This document shows, piece by piece, positions 49,980 to 63,227 of a stretch of 64,000 nt of DNA. Origin of the DNA: an uncultured Verrucomicrobiae bacterium (GTDB lineage Bacteria > Verrucomicrobiota > Verrucomicrobiia > Chthoniobacterales > JAATET01); NCBI GenBank assembly GCA_963719495.1, contig CAVRCI010000013.1:544001-608000 (forward strand). The letters are read 5' to 3'. Below the pieces are notes generated by a model. It had not been told where the DNA came from and did no database searches. It saw only the letters and a program-made list of their open reading frames with translations. Every line of letters starts with the position of its first letter. Position 1 is the first letter of the stretch. A program made the position numbers and the translations under genes.

Positions 49980-51734
49980 CTACTTCAATTCCTCGCCCGT
50001 GATTCCATCCGTGATCACGAAATGCTCGTGGTGGAACGTCGGGTCCGACCGGAACGACAACCGTCCGGCGTAGCGCCGCTCGATGTCGATGAGGAGATCC
50101 TCGTCGTCCTCGCGCAGACGTTGCAAAAGCGTCGGGTGGACGATCACCTTGATCTCGTGAACGTCGTCGACGTGGCGCTTCATCACGGTGTGAAGAGCTC
50201 GCTGCATCTCCACGCTCATCGTCATCGGGCTCTTGATCATGCCGCGTCCGTTGCAGTGCGAGCAGGTGGAGTATTGGGAACTCGCCAGACTCTCCTGCGC
50301 TCGCTGACGGGTCATTTCCATCAAACCCAACTGCGAAATCGGCAGGACGTGGGTGCGCGCCTTGTCGCGCTTCAAGTGGTCGCGCACGCGCTGATAGACG
50401 GCGTTCTGGTCCTTGCGGGACTTCATGTCGATGAAGTCGCCCACGATCAACCCGCCGATGTTGCGGAGCCGGAGCTGGCGGGCGATTTCGTCCGCGGCTT
50501 CGAGGTTGGTGGTGAGGAGGTTCTTGTCCATGTCCTTGGCGCCTTTGTTTCGCCCGGTGTTCACGTCAATGGCGATCATGGCCTCGGTCTCGTCGATCAC
50601 GATGTAACCGCCGCAGGGCAACCAAACCTGACGCTGAAACGCCGAATCGATCTGCGACTGCACCCCGAAGAAATCGAAGATCGGCTGCGCGCCGCCGTAG
50701 TGATGCACGCGCTTCTTGGCCCGCTTGGAGATTTGTTCGATGAGGAGCTCCATCCGCTCGAAGGCGACGAGGTCGTCGACAAGCACTTCGTCGACTTCGT
50801 CGGTGAGGAAATCCCGGACGGTCCGGTCGATGAGATCGGGTTCGCGGAAGAGCTCGGCGGGAGCCGGTTTGTCCTTCATCCCAGCCTCGATGGCTTCCCA
50901 CTGCTCGACGAGCAGACTGAGATCGCGCACGAAGTGACGGGCGCGCTGGCCCTGTCCCGCGGTCCGCATGATGACGCCCATGCCGTCGGGCAGGTCGAGT
51001 TCGCGGAGGATCTGGCGGAGGCGGTCGCGTTCCTTCGGATCGTCGATCTTGCGCGAAATGCCGCACTCCGGACTGTAGGGCATGAGGACGAGGTAGCGCC
51101 CGGGCATGCTGATGTTCGTGGTGATGCGCGGGCCCTTGTTGCTGATCGGGCCTTTGCTCACCTGCACCATCACCTCGGAGCCGACCGGGTAGATGTCGGG
51201 GATGTCCTTGGCGACGATCTTTGGCTGACCGCCACCGCCGCCTTTCCCGCCCTTGCCGCCGGAGCGTCCGCCGCCTCCGCTCTTCTTGCCCTTGCCGCCG
51301 CGACCCCGCCGCCGACCTCCGCCGCCGCCTTCGGTGACGACTTCACCGTCATTGGATTCGTCGTCGCCTTCTTCGGGCTCGGGAGGCGCGGCCTGCTTCG
51401 AGGATTTCGCGGATTTCGAAGATCCTTCGCGCGAAACGGCTTCGACGCCGCTGTCGAGGGCGGCCGGAATGGCGTCCCAGAAGTGCAGGAACGCGTTCTT
51501 CTCGAAGCCGATGTCCACGAACATGGCCTTGAGACCGTGCTCGATGTTGCGGACGCGGCCTTTGTAGATACCGCCGACGATGTTGCGGTCGGTCTCGCGC
51601 TCGATGGTGTATTCCTCGAGGCGGTTGTTTTCGAGGAGAGCGACTCGTTTCTCGAGCTTCTCGCAGCTGACGATGAGTTTGGTTCCGGTGGGTTTACGGC
51701 CGAGGCCGAGCATGCGTTTGACAGTGTCGATCAT
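49980..51734 (-). CDS. Rne/Rng family ribonuclease
   Basis: GGIYKGRV, FVDIG, IDETEAMIAIDVNTG, LRLRNIGGLIVGDFIDM and CSHCNGRG; Gly/Arg/acidic insert within the S1 domain. Confidence 0.95.
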   Translation of the reverse strand: MIDTVKRMLGLGRKPTGTKLIVSCEKLEKRVALLENNRLEEYTIERETDRNIVGGIYKGRVRNIEHGLKAMFVDIGFEKNAFLHFWDAIPAALDSGVEAVSREGSSKSAKSSKQAAPPEPEEGDDESNDGEVVTEGGGGGRRRGRGGKGKKSGGGGRSGGKGGKGGGGGQPKIVAKDIPDIYPVGSEVMVQVSKGPISNKGPRITTNISMPGRYLVLMPYSPECGISRKIDDPKERDRLRQILRELDLPDGMGVIMRTAGQGQRARHFVRDLSLLVEQWEAIEAGMKDKPAPAELFREPDLIDRTVRDFLTDEVDEVLVDDLVAFERMELLIEQISKRAKKRVHHYGGAQPIFDFFGVQSQIDSAFQRQVWLPCGGYIVIDETEAMIAIDVNTGRNKGAKDMDKNLLTTNLEAADEIARQLRLRNIGGLIVGDFIDMKSRKDQNAVYQRVRDHLKRDKARTHVLPISQLGLMEMTRQRAQESLASSQYSTCSHCNGRGMIKSPMTMSVEMQRALHTVMKRHVDDVHEIKVIVHPTLLQRLREDDEDLLIDIERRYAGRLSFRSDPTFHHEHFVITDGITGEELK

Positions 51735-51793
51735 TCAAATGGGTTCCAGCCCTCAATGGGCTGGATAAAGTTGAGTTGGTGGGAATCTTCATT

Positions 51794-54028
51794 TTAGCGG
51801 CGGAACGGGTTTCTCGGAGCGCGACGCGGCGCGTCGCCCCCCGAATTCGAATCGTTTCCACCACCAGAATTGAAGAAATCTAAGAGGCCGCGGCGCTCGT
51901 TCGAGCGTTCCGTCACGCGGCCCTGGTCATCGGGTTCTTCCCGAATACTTGGTTCGGCGGCTCGGGTCGGTCCCTCGCTCACCTGCGACGGACCGGCTCC
52001 GGTCGCGACCTCTTCGGCCGCGCCCGTCGTGGCGGCCGGGATGTCCCGGCCAAAATCGATCCCGTCGATCTGCACGAAGTTGCCGACCGCGGGTTCGATC
52101 GGCTCGAGCTTCACCTCCAGCTCACCGGCCTCCAGCGCCATCGCTTCGTCCAAAATTCTCGCCGCCACGGGGCCGGCCACGCCGCCGCCGGACTTCGCGC
52201 CCTGGACCAGCACGCAGACCGCGTACTTCGGATCGTCGTAGGGCGCAAACGCGATGAACCACGTGTGGTTGTCCTTCACGACAGCACCAGCGCTTGTCTT
52301 CCGCAAATTCTGAGCCGTTCCGGTTTTGCCCGCGACCTCGGCCCGCTCGAGGCGCGCCTTCCGAGCCGTGCCGCCGGATTCGTTGACGACCTTCCACATG
52401 CCTTTGCGGATGTGTTCGATGTCGGCCGGTTCGAGCCCTCCTTCCTTGAGTAGATCCGACCGCACTTGCGACGGATCCTGCACAACGATGCTGCCGTCTT
52501 GCGCGACGACCTTGTCGACGATGCGGGGGTAAAAGACGGTGCCGCCATTGGCCAGCGCCGCCGTGACCATCGCCATCTGCAGAGGCGAGGCCAGCACGAA
52601 GCCCTGGCCAATCGAAACGTTCGCCGTGTAGCCGGGCCGCCACGTGTCGCGGGGGTATTTCTCCGCCAGCCACTCCTTGCCGGGCAGAATGCCCGGGCTT
52701 TCACCCGAAAGCGGGAGCCCACTATTCTGCCCGAGGCCAAGCATGTTGCCGACCGCGACGATCTCGTCGATCCCGGCGACGTTGCCGCCGAGGTAGTAGT
52801 AGGCATTGCACGAGTTCTTGATCGCGCCCTCTAGGTCGAGCGTGCCGTGCGAGCCTTTGCCCGAGATCCAGCACTTCATGTAGGTATTGCCGTAGCTGAC
52901 ACCGCCCGAGCACGTGAACCGCCGATCGCCGACCCCGGCCCTCAGCATCGCGAGTGACGTGACGACCTTGTAGGTCGATCCCGGCGCGTAGCTGTTGATC
53001 GCGCGGTTGAGTAGCGGCGAGGTCTCGTCGCTCGTCAGTTCGCCCCAGTCTTTCGACGAGATCGAGGGGATGAAGCGGTTCGGATCGAAGGACGGCACCG
53101 AGGCCATCGCGAGGACGTCGCCGTTGTTCGGATCGACCACGACGGCTGCCGCGCGGCCCGCGGCCCGCAGCGTGTCTTCGACGATGTATTGGAGCCGGGC
53201 GTCGATGGTGAGGTAGACGTTGTCGCCCTGCTTCGGCTCGACGAGCTCGACGTCGTCCTCGAGGATCTGGCCCTTGGCGTCCTTCTGCAGGATGCGCGCG
53301 CCGGCGGTGCCCCTCAGATATTTGTCCATCGCCTTTTCGATCTGGACCTTCCCCTCGATGTCGGGTTGGTAAAAATTGTATTTCGCCGCCTCGTTCTGAT
53401 CGACGTCCCGCTCGGCTCCGACGTAGCCGAGGATGTGCGCGGCGAGGGATTTGTAGGGGTAGAAGCGCACGGGTTTTACGTCGGCTTTGAGTCCGGGGAG
53501 GCCGAGGTTGCTTTCCAGCAATTTCGCCATCGAGTCGAAGTCGAGGTCCTGCGCGTAGTTGAACGGGATGAGCGTGTCGTTGCGGTAATGCACCTGCATC
53601 CGCTCGGCATTGTAGTTCTGCTCGACCTTCAGCTCGCTGAGTCGCGGAATGATCATCGTGTTGACGATCTCGGCGATGTCGATCTCGTCGCGTTCCTGCG
53701 CCATGCCACGCACGGTGAGTCGGCGCTTTTCCTGGCGGAGCGGAGCGCTGCCGTGCTCCTGGCGGTAAGCGCGGACGATGTCGGGGAGGTAGAAATCGAT
53801 CTCGAAGCTCTTCCGGTTCTCGACCAGCGGCACGCCGTTGCGGTCCATGATTTCTCCGCGCACCGCCGGCAGCCGCACCGACACGCGGGAACCGCCCTGG
53901 ACCTTCGCGGTGTAAAAATCCCCGCGCGCGATCTGCACCCACCAGAGCCGGCCCACGATGGCCCCCAGGCAGGCGACCGTGATGATCGCCAGCGTCAGAA
54001 CCCGGAAAATCGGCGCGCCTTTCTTCAC
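51794..54028 (-). CDS. mrdA: Penicillin-binding protein 2
   Basis: RGEIMDRNG, PGSTYK (SxxK), SCN (SxN) and KTGTAQ; follows mreBCD. GTG at 54028. Confidence 0.93.
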   Translation of the reverse strand: MKKGAPIFRVLTLAIITVACLGAIVGRLWWVQIARGDFYTAKVQGGSRVSVRLPAVRGEIMDRNGVPLVENRKSFEIDFYLPDIVRAYRQEHGSAPLRQEKRRLTVRGMAQERDEIDIAEIVNTMIIPRLSELKVEQNYNAERMQVHYRNDTLIPFNYAQDLDFDSMAKLLESNLGLPGLKADVKPVRFYPYKSLAAHILGYVGAERDVDQNEAAKYNFYQPDIEGKVQIEKAMDKYLRGTAGARILQKDAKGQILEDDVELVEPKQGDNVYLTIDARLQYIVEDTLRAAGRAAAVVVDPNNGDVLAMASVPSFDPNRFIPSISSKDWGELTSDETSPLLNRAINSYAPGSTYKVVTSLAMLRAGVGDRRFTCSGGVSYGNTYMKCWISGKGSHGTLDLEGAIKNSCNAYYYLGGNVAGIDEIVAVGNMLGLGQNSGLPLSGESPGILPGKEWLAEKYPRDTWRPGYTANVSIGQGFVLASPLQMAMVTAALANGGTVFYPRIVDKVVAQDGSIVVQDPSQVRSDLLKEGGLEPADIEHIRKGMWKVVNESGGTARKARLERAEVAGKTGTAQNLRKTSAGAVVKDNHTWFIAFAPYDDPKYAVCVLVQGAKSGGGVAGPVAARILDEAMALEAGELEVKLEPIEPAVGNFVQIDGIDFGRDIPAATTGAAEEVATGAGPSQVSEGPTRAAEPSIREEPDDQGRVTERSNERRGLLDFFNSGGGNDSNSGGDAPRRAPRNPFRR

Positions 54029-54029
54029 G

Positions 54030-54590
54030 TCAATACCCCCGCCCCCGCTCGGCCCGGCCGGGCAATTCGATCCGCCCCACGGCGAACCCGACCACGAAAT
54101 ACAGCATCGGCGCCAGCAGCAACGCCACCACCCCGGGCCCGACGATCCGCCAGAACACGACGTCGTTGTAAATGAACCCACCCTCGTCGAAGCGGCGCAA
54201 CGAGATGGCGAAAAATTGCAGCAGCAGAATCACGGAAGTCGACAGCCCACTCATGCCCGCGTGGATTTCCCAATGACCCCGCAAAACGAGGGGGCGCAAC
54301 CCCTGACAAATCGATCCAATCGCGACATAAACGAGGATAGACCACCCGACCGGGATTTCAACCGCGTCGCCGAGCACCTGCAGATTCGCCAAATCGCTGA
54401 GCAACCCGGCGAACAACGCGAACCCCAGCATCGCGGGGAAGGGCAGCGTGAGCGCTCCGTAACAGAAGACCAACGGCACGAGCAGCACCCGCGCCCCCAG
54501 GAACATGTCCATCGGCGGAATCAGTTCCTGCAGCACCAACGCCGCGAAGACCGCCACCAGCAGGCACGCCGTCAGGATCGCGACCTTCAT
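54030..54590 (-). CDS. mreD: Rod shape-determining protein MreD-like membrane protein
   Basis: Hydrophobic multi-TM protein with AGLLSDL, between mreC and mrdA; ATGA overlap with mreC. Confidence 0.75.
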   Translation of the reverse strand: MKVAILTACLLVAVFAALVLQELIPPMDMFLGARVLLVPLVFCYGALTLPFPAMLGFALFAGLLSDLANLQVLGDAVEIPVGWSILVYVAIGSICQGLRPLVLRGHWEIHAGMSGLSTSVILLLQFFAISLRRFDEGGFIYNDVVFWRIVGPGVVALLLAPMLYFVVGFAVGRIELPGRAERGRGY

Positions 54591-55393
54591 TCCTGCGTCC
54601 CCACGATCACGAACACGTCGCCGAGCGTCGAGAAATCCACGGACGGCTTCACCAACGCCTGACCGTCCAGCTCGCGCGGCTCGAAGGAAAGCACCGTTCC
54701 CACCAGCAATCCCGGTGGGAAGACCGCGCCGACGCCCTGCGTGTAAATCTTCTGCTCGGGCTGCAGGTTTGCCTTCTTCGACAGGAAGTTCATCTGCAGC
54801 TTCCCGTCCGCCGAGGATTGCACCCGCTCGCCGTTCACGATGCCTTTTTCCCGCGTGCCCTCGACGTAAGCCCCGAGCTTGCAATTCTCGTCGGTGATCA
54901 GCAGCACGATCGCCTCGTTCTTCGAGACCGTCATCGTCTTGCCGACGAGGCCCTGGTCCGTGATGACCGTCCGCTCGGCCTCGACGCCGTCCTCGAACCC
55001 CCGGTTGATCTTGATCGTCTGCCACCAAGTCGAGGCGTCGCGCGAGATCACCTGCGCGGCGACGAGGCGGAAGAGTGAGCGCTGACGGTAATCCAGCGCG
55101 ACGCGCAGCCGGTTGTTGTCGGCCTCCATGTCGCGGAGGATCGTGTTCGTGGCGCGGAGTTCCTTGTTCTCGCGGACGAGCGTCGTGTTTTCATCCTCGA
55201 GTTCGTCCAGAGTCTTGAGCCCCTGGCCCATCGCGCCGAGCCCCTCCTGCACCGCGCTGCCGGTCTTCAAAAATGGCGAGACGACCGAGAGAAAAGCCGA
55301 CTGCATTCCCTGCATCGCATCCGTCGTGAGCGCCATGAAGGCGCCGCCGACCAGCAACACGATCACGGCCAGCGCGATGTTGATTTTCTTCAC
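54587..55393 (-). CDS. mreC: Rod shape-determining protein MreC
   Basis: N-terminal TM, coiled coil, AQVISRD, INRG..DGV, GLVGK and FPPGLLVG. Confidence 0.93.
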   Translation of the reverse strand: MKKINIALAVIVLLVGGAFMALTTDAMQGMQSAFLSVVSPFLKTGSAVQEGLGAMGQGLKTLDELEDENTTLVRENKELRATNTILRDMEADNNRLRVALDYRQRSLFRLVAAQVISRDASTWWQTIKINRGFEDGVEAERTVITDQGLVGKTMTVSKNEAIVLLITDENCKLGAYVEGTREKGIVNGERVQSSADGKLQMNFLSKKANLQPEQKIYTQGVGAVFPPGLLVGTVLSFEPRELDGQALVKPSVDFSTLGDVFVIVGTQE

Positions 55394-55473
55394 GACTCGA
55401 CCCTCCCGCTCGGAAGATGGTAGGGCAGCCGCGCCGCGGGTGCCGTCGCCTTCGACGCCTCAGCCACCACGGG

Positions 55474-56523
55474 TCAGAGATTGACCGCCGTGTGCACCCG
55501 TTCGGTCGAGGCAATCGAGCGCAGCAATTTCAACTCCTGGAGTGCCTTGCCGGTCCCTTCGGCAACGGCGCTCAGCGGATCCTCGGCCACGTGCACCGGC
55601 AGACCCGTCTCCTCGGCCAACAAACGGTCCAAACCGCGGAGCAAAGCTCCGCCACCGGCGAGCACCAACCCGCGGTCGACGAGATCGGCGGAAAGCTCCG
55701 GCGGACAACGCTCGAGCGTGATCCGCACGCTGTCGACGATGGTCGAAATCGGCTCCATCATCGCCTCGCGCACTTCCTGCGAAGTGATCGTGATCGTCTT
55801 CGGCAGACCGGCGACGAGATCGCGGCCTTTCACTTCCATCGAGACTTCCTTCTCCAGCTTGTAGGCCGATCCGATCTTGATCTTGATGTCCTCGGCCGTC
55901 CGCTCGCCGATCATCAGATTGTAGGCCCGCTTCATGTACTGCGAAATGGCCTCGTCCAGTTCGTCGCCGGCGACCCGCACGCTGCGGCTGAAGACGATGC
56001 CCGACAGCGAAATGAGCGCGACCTCGGTCGTGCCACCGCCGATGTCGATGATCATGTTGCCCGCGGCGTCGAGGACGGGCAATCCCGTCCCGATCGCCGC
56101 CGCCATCGGCTCCTCGATGAGATAAACCTCCCGGGCTCCGGCGTGCGTGGCCGAATCCTTGACCGCCCGTTTTTCGACCTCCGTGATGCCGCTCGGCACC
56201 GCGATGACGACGCGGGGACGGACCATCCGACGACGGTTGTGAACCTTGCTGATGAAGTGCCGGAGCATCGCCTCGGTCACCTCGAAATCGGCGATCACGC
56301 CATCCTTGAGCGGCCGAATCGCGACGATGTTGCCGGGCGTGCGGCCCAGCATCCGCTTGGCCTCCTCGCCGACGGCCAGCACCTTGTTCGTGCCGGCCTG
56401 CACCGCGACCACCGAGGGCTCGCGGAGGACAATGCCGTGGTCTTTGACGTAAACGAGGGTGTTGGCCGTGCCGAGATCGATACCGATATCGTTGGAGAAG
56501 AACCCGAGGAGCTTGTCGAACAT
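55474..56523 (-). CDS. mreB: Rod shape-determining protein MreB
   Basis: [30 protein letters not shown] and [11 protein letters not shown]. Confidence 0.98.
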   Translation of the reverse strand: MFDKLLGFFSNDIGIDLGTANTLVYVKDHGIVLREPSVVAVQAGTNKVLAVGEEAKRMLGRTPGNIVAIRPLKDGVIADFEVTEAMLRHFISKVHNRRRMVRPRVVIAVPSGITEVEKRAVKDSATHAGAREVYLIEEPMAAAIGTGLPVLDAAGNMIIDIGGGTTEVALISLSGIVFSRSVRVAGDELDEAISQYMKRAYNLMIGERTAEDIKIKIGSAYKLEKEVSMEVKGRDLVAGLPKTITITSQEVREAMMEPISTIVDSVRITLERCPPELSADLVDRGLVLAGGGALLRGLDRLLAEETGLPVHVAEDPLSAVAEGTGKALQELKLLRSIASTERVHTAVNL

Positions 56524-56651
56524 CTGATTTGAGAAATTTAAAGAGTTGAGGAGGAAGCGCGCGACCCTGCGTCACCGGTCGGCGTAAGAGAATCCCCCAT
56601 TTGGAACCGCGACACTAGGAACCCCCATTTCAAACAGTCAAGGCAAGATCA

Positions 56652-56909
56652 GTCGGAAGGTCCCAAGTCGAAAGGTCCGGAGTGAATCGCTGGTGAGATC
56701 GGTTGGAACGCTCTGAGCCGCAAAAAGCCGCAAAAAGGCGCAAAAAGCTCAGAAAAACTTCGAGGACCGGAACCTTCCAGGTGCCGAATTCCGGCAATCC
56801 GGGCGAGGCCAGGGAGCCGCTCGCTCGAGGAGCGGCGACCTCCCGCTCGCCGACCCAACCCGGCCCCAGCCGGGCACTCCCGACCTTCGACTTTCGGACC
56901 TTCTCGACC

Positions 56910-56911
<2 letters not shown>
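56652..56911. repeat. Mosaic intergenic repeat cluster framed by inverted octamer-like arrays
   Basis: gtcggaaggtcccaagtcgaaaggtccgg ... ccgaccttcgactttcggaccttctcgacctt enclose a 10-mer array (56716-56757) and a GGAGCGGCG REP (56828-56861). Confidence 0.6.
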
Positions 56912-58835
<1,924 letters not shown>

Positions 58836-58846
<11 letters not shown>

Positions 58847-59582
58847 GCAACGGAAGGTCGGGCATCTCACGGATCAAATCAACCAGCCCCCGCTGCCACC
58901 GCTCCCGGATCTCACGAAGCCACGCGTCGTTCTCGTGCAGCACGGCCCGCCGCCCGACCGTCAGACTCCCCGTCTGGTAGGAAAAAACCTCGAAGGGCGT
59001 CCCGACCGACACGTTGCTCTTCGCCGTCGCGTCCAGGGACAGGATTCCATACCGCACCGCCTCGGCCAGCGGCGTGTCGAAGTTGAACCCCCGGTCCAGA
59101 ATCGGCTTCCCGTATTTCGCCTCCCCGATCTGCAAAAACGGCGCCTCCCGGCTCGCGTGAATCGCGTTCCCGGGCGAATAAACCCGGAAGATCTGCGGCG
59201 GCTGCCGCCCGATCTGCCCGCCCACCAGAAAGTTCATCGAGGACGACACCCCATCCTCCTCGAGCCAGCTCCCCGGCGTCTTCCGCACCTCCCTCATCTG
59301 TTCGCCGATGTAGCGCACCGTGTCGAAGAGGTTGTCCTGATTCAGCAGACACGGCCGCGTCCCCTCCGGCCCCGACTCCCCGATGTCCTGCTCGATCAGC
59401 TGCACCGTCGATTGCGTGAGCGACAGATTGCCCGAACTCAGAATGCAGATCACCCGATCCTCCGTCCGATGGTAGATCCGCATCTTCGGATGCACGGTGA
59501 TGTTGTCCACCCCGGCACTCGTTCGGGAATCCGAGAGAAAGACGATCCCCTCCCGGCAAAGCAGGCTCAAACAATAGGTCAT
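58836..59582 (-). CDS. Proteasome-type protease (Anbu family)
   Basis: MTYC N-terminal nucleophile; SDSRTSAGVD, GNLSLTQ, GGQI, QIGEAKYGKPILDR and SNVSVG. Confidence 0.92.
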
Positions 59583-60019
59583 GGCTCGTCCACGACGCGC
59601 GCGTCCGCCTGCTTGATCGGGCGCGACCCACGGGCCACCCGTTCGTGGTGCGTGATCAGCCGCATCTTCCCGTCACTCGACCGGAAGAACGAACTCAACA
59701 GCCAGCTCACGATGCTCACGATGATCGCTCCGAAGAAAGCCGACCAAAATCCCGAGACCTCGAATCCCGGGATCACCGACGAAACGAGCAGAAGCAGCAA
59801 CGCATTCAGCACAAAAATGAACAACCCCATCGTCGCGATGATGAACGGCAGACTCAGCAGCAGCAGCACCGGCCGCACCAGCGCGTTGATGATTCCCAAC
59901 AACAACGAGGCGCCCAGAAGCACCCCCACCGACCCGCCGAAGCTGATCCCCTCGATCACCCCGGCCGCACACATCACCGCCACCGCAGTAATCATCCAGC
60001 GAATCAAAAAAGCACTCAT
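59579..60019 (-). CDS. 4-TM phage-holin-family (YvlD-like) membrane protein
   Basis: LGIINALVRPVLLLLSLPFIIATMGLF..VLNAL..PGFEVSGFWSAFFGAII. Confidence 0.88.
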   Translation of the reverse strand: MSAFLIRWMITAVAVMCAAGVIEGISFGGSVGVLLGASLLLGIINALVRPVLLLLSLPFIIATMGLFIFVLNALLLLLVSSVIPGFEVSGFWSAFFGAIIVSIVSWLLSSFFRSSDGKMRLITHHERVARGSRPIKQADARVVDEP

Positions 60020-60099
60020 ACCGAACAACCTAGAAACCTCGCGCAGTTTTTGAAAATTTATTTTGCAATCAAGTCGCGGATCTAACTATCTCCACCACC

Positions 60100-60507
60100 A
60101 TGCCCAAGCCGAAAAAGACCGAGTCCGCCAAACCCGTCAAACCCGCGCCCACGAAGACCGCGCCCGCCGCGAAGAAGAGCACCGCGGCCAGAAAGCTCGA
60201 CGAGGCCAAAGCCGCCCTCACCGCCGTGAAAGCCGCCGTCGTCGACGCGATCCCGACCACCTCCGCCAGGGCGAAAAAGCCCGCCCAGCCCGCGAAAACC
60301 AAGCCAACCACCGCTCCAGCCACGGCCGCGAAGAAACCAGCCGCCACCAAGAGCAGGAAAGAGAAGCTCCCGGTCGCCCACATCACCAACGAAGACATCG
60401 GCCTGCGCGCCTACTACATCGGCGAGCACCGCCAGGCCCACGGACTCGAAGGCGACTCCGCCACCGACTGGATCGAAGCCGAACGCCAACTCCGCGCCGA
60501 AGGGTAA
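60100..60507 (+). CDS. DUF2934 domain protein with Ala/Lys/Pro-rich N-terminus
   Basis: EDIGLRAYYIGE...GDSATDWIEAERQL. Confidence 0.8.
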   Translation: MPKPKKTESAKPVKPAPTKTAPAAKKSTAARKLDEAKAALTAVKAAVVDAIPTTSARAKKPAQPAKTKPTTAPATAAKKPAATKSRKEKLPVAHITNEDIGLRAYYIGEHRQAHGLEGDSATDWIEAERQLRAEG

Positions 60508-60539
60508 GGAGGGGCGGAAGGTCAATCCAGCCGCTGGGG

Positions 60540-60585
60540 GGGAGCGCACGCGTCCCGCGTGCGAGGTGCGGCGTCCCGCCGCACC
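60540..60585 (+). repeat. REP-like double hairpin (same family as 2042)
   Basis: gggagcgcacgcgtcccgcgtgcgaggtgcggcgtcccgccgcacc. Confidence 0.8.
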
Positions 60586-60813
60586 ACCCGGCAAGTCGAG
60601 CCAAGCGAGAGAGCCGAATCCAAGGAACGGCCACCCCCCGCGCGCCGACCCAACCCAATCCGGCACCAGCCGGACACTTTGAATGCGCCGAGGGTCGAGG
60701 AGTCGAGGGACGAGTGATGATCACACAACTCACACGCCGCGGCTCAACACCAGGGCCCCCCCATCCCCAATACCCATCCCCAATACGATTGACGTCCGAG
60801 CCGTCACCCCTTA

Positions 60814-61537
60814 TTGGCAAAGCAACGTGGAAAATCATCGCCTCACGACCTCACGACTCCCCGCAAAGCTCGCCGGCCCGGTGGTGCTCGTTCTCACCGT
60901 CCTCCTGATTGCCGGCTGCGACGACTCGCCGCCAGCGTCACCCGAGGCCACGCCACCCCCCGTTCCTTCGACGCCGGCGACGCCGGCCGCTCCGGTCGAT
61001 CCCGCCGCACCCGCCACCCCGAGCCCGATCGCGACACCGCCGCCCACCCCTGCCGCCGGGCAGGCCGACGCCGACGCACCCGCCGCGGACCCAATCGACA
61101 TGTACGATCTCGATTACGACGAGGAGAACGACCGCTTCCTCGTCGTCGGCACGCGGACCGGCTACACCGGCCCCGTCTATTCCGTCTACGACGACGGAAC
61201 CAAGGAGGAAGTCGGCGCGCTTAAGGACGGCGTCGAGAACGGACCGTGGGTCAGCTACTACGAAGACGGGACCAAAGAAAGCGAAGGAACCTACGTCGCC
61301 GGCCTCGAAGACGGCCCCTGGAGCTACTTCTACGAGAACGGCCAGCTCGAATCCAGCGGACTCTACGACAATGGATCACTCGTCGGTCGGTGGACCGGCT
61401 TTTTCGACAATGGAAAGATCGACTCCGACGGCATCTACGTCGACGGACTGATGGACGGCGAATGGAAATTTTACGACCAGGCCACCGGCGAGGAGCGCGT
61501 CCTCACGTTCAACCAAGGTCGGGAGACCGGACGCTGA
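60814..61537 (+). CDS. Lipoprotein with MORN-variant (YwqK-like) repeats
   Basis: Lipobox LIAGC, Pro/Ala linker, repeated G.W..YYE.G..ESEG.Y..G units. The true start may lie downstream. Confidence 0.8.
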
Positions 61538-61559
61538 CCTCCGCGCTCGCCGAGCCATC

Positions 61560-63227
61560 GTGAGCGTCCGTCCGCCTCGTCCGCAGCGCCACGTCCTGCG
61601 CCCGATTCCGCTACTGGCCACCGCGCTCCTGCTCGCATCGGGTGCTCTGGCGCAATCGACCGATCCGATTCCGCTCGAACCAGACTTCGATTCCGTTCCT
61701 TCCGACAACGCCCCGATCACGCTCGAAGAGGATCTCGCTGCCCCGGCTCCGCCACCCGGCGACGGAGCTTCCCAAGTCGATCCGGCCGCGGAGGGCGAAA
61801 CCGATATCCCGGATGACTTGGGATCCCTGGACGCCCTTCCCAGCGAACCCTTCACAACCCTGCCGGGACCGGAATTTGGCATCCCGGGCTCCGATGCCGG
61901 TGCCGAGGAACTCACGGCGCCGAGCCCGCTCGATCCCGTCCCCGCTCGCGCGGCCCGATCGTTCGCACCGGACAGACCCAATCCGCCCGCGGCCGACGAG
62001 AGCCAGCCTTTCGTCGACGCCGACGAGGAGAGCACAGCCGCCGTCGCCGCGGCGAATGCCGCCGACCTCTTTCGGATGGACGGGGCGAAGATCCGGATCG
62101 CCGGCGTCGACCTCCGCTTCAGCCTCGATACGCGCTTCACCTACAACGACAACATCCTCACCACCGAATCGGATCCCATTGCGGACGTCGTCAGCTTCGT
62201 CACCCCGGGTTTGCTCGTTGGAATCGGTGATTTTCAGGACCAGCGGCTGAATTATTTCCTCCTTCAATATCAGCCGACCCTCCAGAACTACGCCGACAAC
62301 TCCGAACTCAACGCGGTCGATCAATTTTTCACCATCGGCGCGCTCTACGGACTCAGCCGGTTCACGGTCTCTCCCTCGTTTCGCTACATTCAGCAGACCG
62401 ACACCGACGACGAGATCGGGCGACGAAACGAACGAACCACGACCATCGCGAGCCTCGCGACGACTTACGCCCTCTCGGGGAAAACCGCGCTTCAGAGCGA
62501 GCTCTCCGCCGCCTACTACGAAAGCGAGCTGGGCGTGAACAACACGGTCTACTCCGGCAGCCTGTTCCTCGCGTATGCCCTCACGGGCCGGACGGAGTTA
62601 TCGATCGGCTCGACCGTCGGCTACGTCGACGTCGAAAACGGCGATTATCAGACCTTCGAGACACTCACCGCCCGGATCGGCTACTCGGGGTTCGACAAGA
62701 TCGAATTCCTCTTCACCGCCGGGGCGGAAGCCCGGCAGAGCACTTCCAACCAGATCACCCAGTCGATCGTCGCGACCGACGATCCACTCGTGCCCTTCGA
62801 GTTCCGTCAGGAGACGAACACGGAAACATCGGGCACGATCACGCCAATCTTCGAACTCGGTGCCACCTACCGGCCTTTTCAGGAGACCTCGATCACCCTC
62901 ACAGCTTACCGGCGGCAGCAGGCCTCGTCGTTTCAGGCGGGGCAGGTGATCGACCAGACTGGTCTCCGCCTCGACGCTTCGCACCGCGTCTATCGTCAGT
63001 TTTCCCTCGCCCTCCTCGCTTCCTACGAACTGAGCGAGTACACGTTTCGATCCTCAAACGATCGCCAGGACAACGTCGTCGTCTTTCAGCCTCGGATTCG
63101 GTATGACTTCAACGACGACGATTACAGCGTTTCTCTTTTCTACACCTACCGGGAGAACCAATCGACCATTTCCAGCGTTTCGTACGTCAACTCGATCCTC
63201 GGGATGGAGTTCAACTTCGATTTCTAA
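61560..63227 (+). CDS. Outer-membrane beta-barrel protein (EPS-locus type)
   Basis: Signal peptide, acidic Pro-rich linker, YNDNI motif, alternating beta strands, terminal Phe (FNFDF); precedes a priming-glycosyltransferase-like gene. Confidence 0.78.
   Translation: MSVRPPRPQRHVLRPIPLLATALLLASGALAQSTDPIPLEPDFDSVPSDNAPITLEEDLAAPAPPPGDGASQVDPAAEGETDIPDDLGSLDALPSEPFTTLPGPEFGIPGSDAGAEELTAPSPLDPVPARAARSFAPDRPNPPAADESQPFVDADEESTAAVAAANAADLFRMDGAKIRIAGVDLRFSLDTRFTYNDNILTTESDPIADVVSFVTPGLLVGIGDFQDQRLNYFLLQYQPTLQNYADNSELNAVDQFFTIGALYGLSRFTVSPSFRYIQQTDTDDEIGRRNERTTTIASLATTYALSGKTALQSELSAAYYESELGVNNTVYSGSLFLAYALTGRTELSIGSTVGYVDVENGDYQTFETLTARIGYSGFDKIEFLFTAGAEARQSTSNQITQSIVATDDPLVPFEFRQETNTETSGTITPIFELGATYRPFQETSITLTAYRRQQASSFQAGQVIDQTGLRLDASHRVYRQFSLALLASYELSEYTFRSSNDRQDNVVVFQPRIRYDFNDDDYSVSLFYTYRENQSTISSVSYVNSILGMEFNFDF

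Noticed and set aside
59579..60019. Holin as evidence of a prophage
   Set aside because: This 4-TM family is commonly chromosomal; no endolysin or phage genes are nearby.
60814..61537. YwqK-type antitoxin implying a toxin-antitoxin pair
   Set aside because: It has a lipobox and generic MORN-variant repeats, with no adjacent toxin gene.
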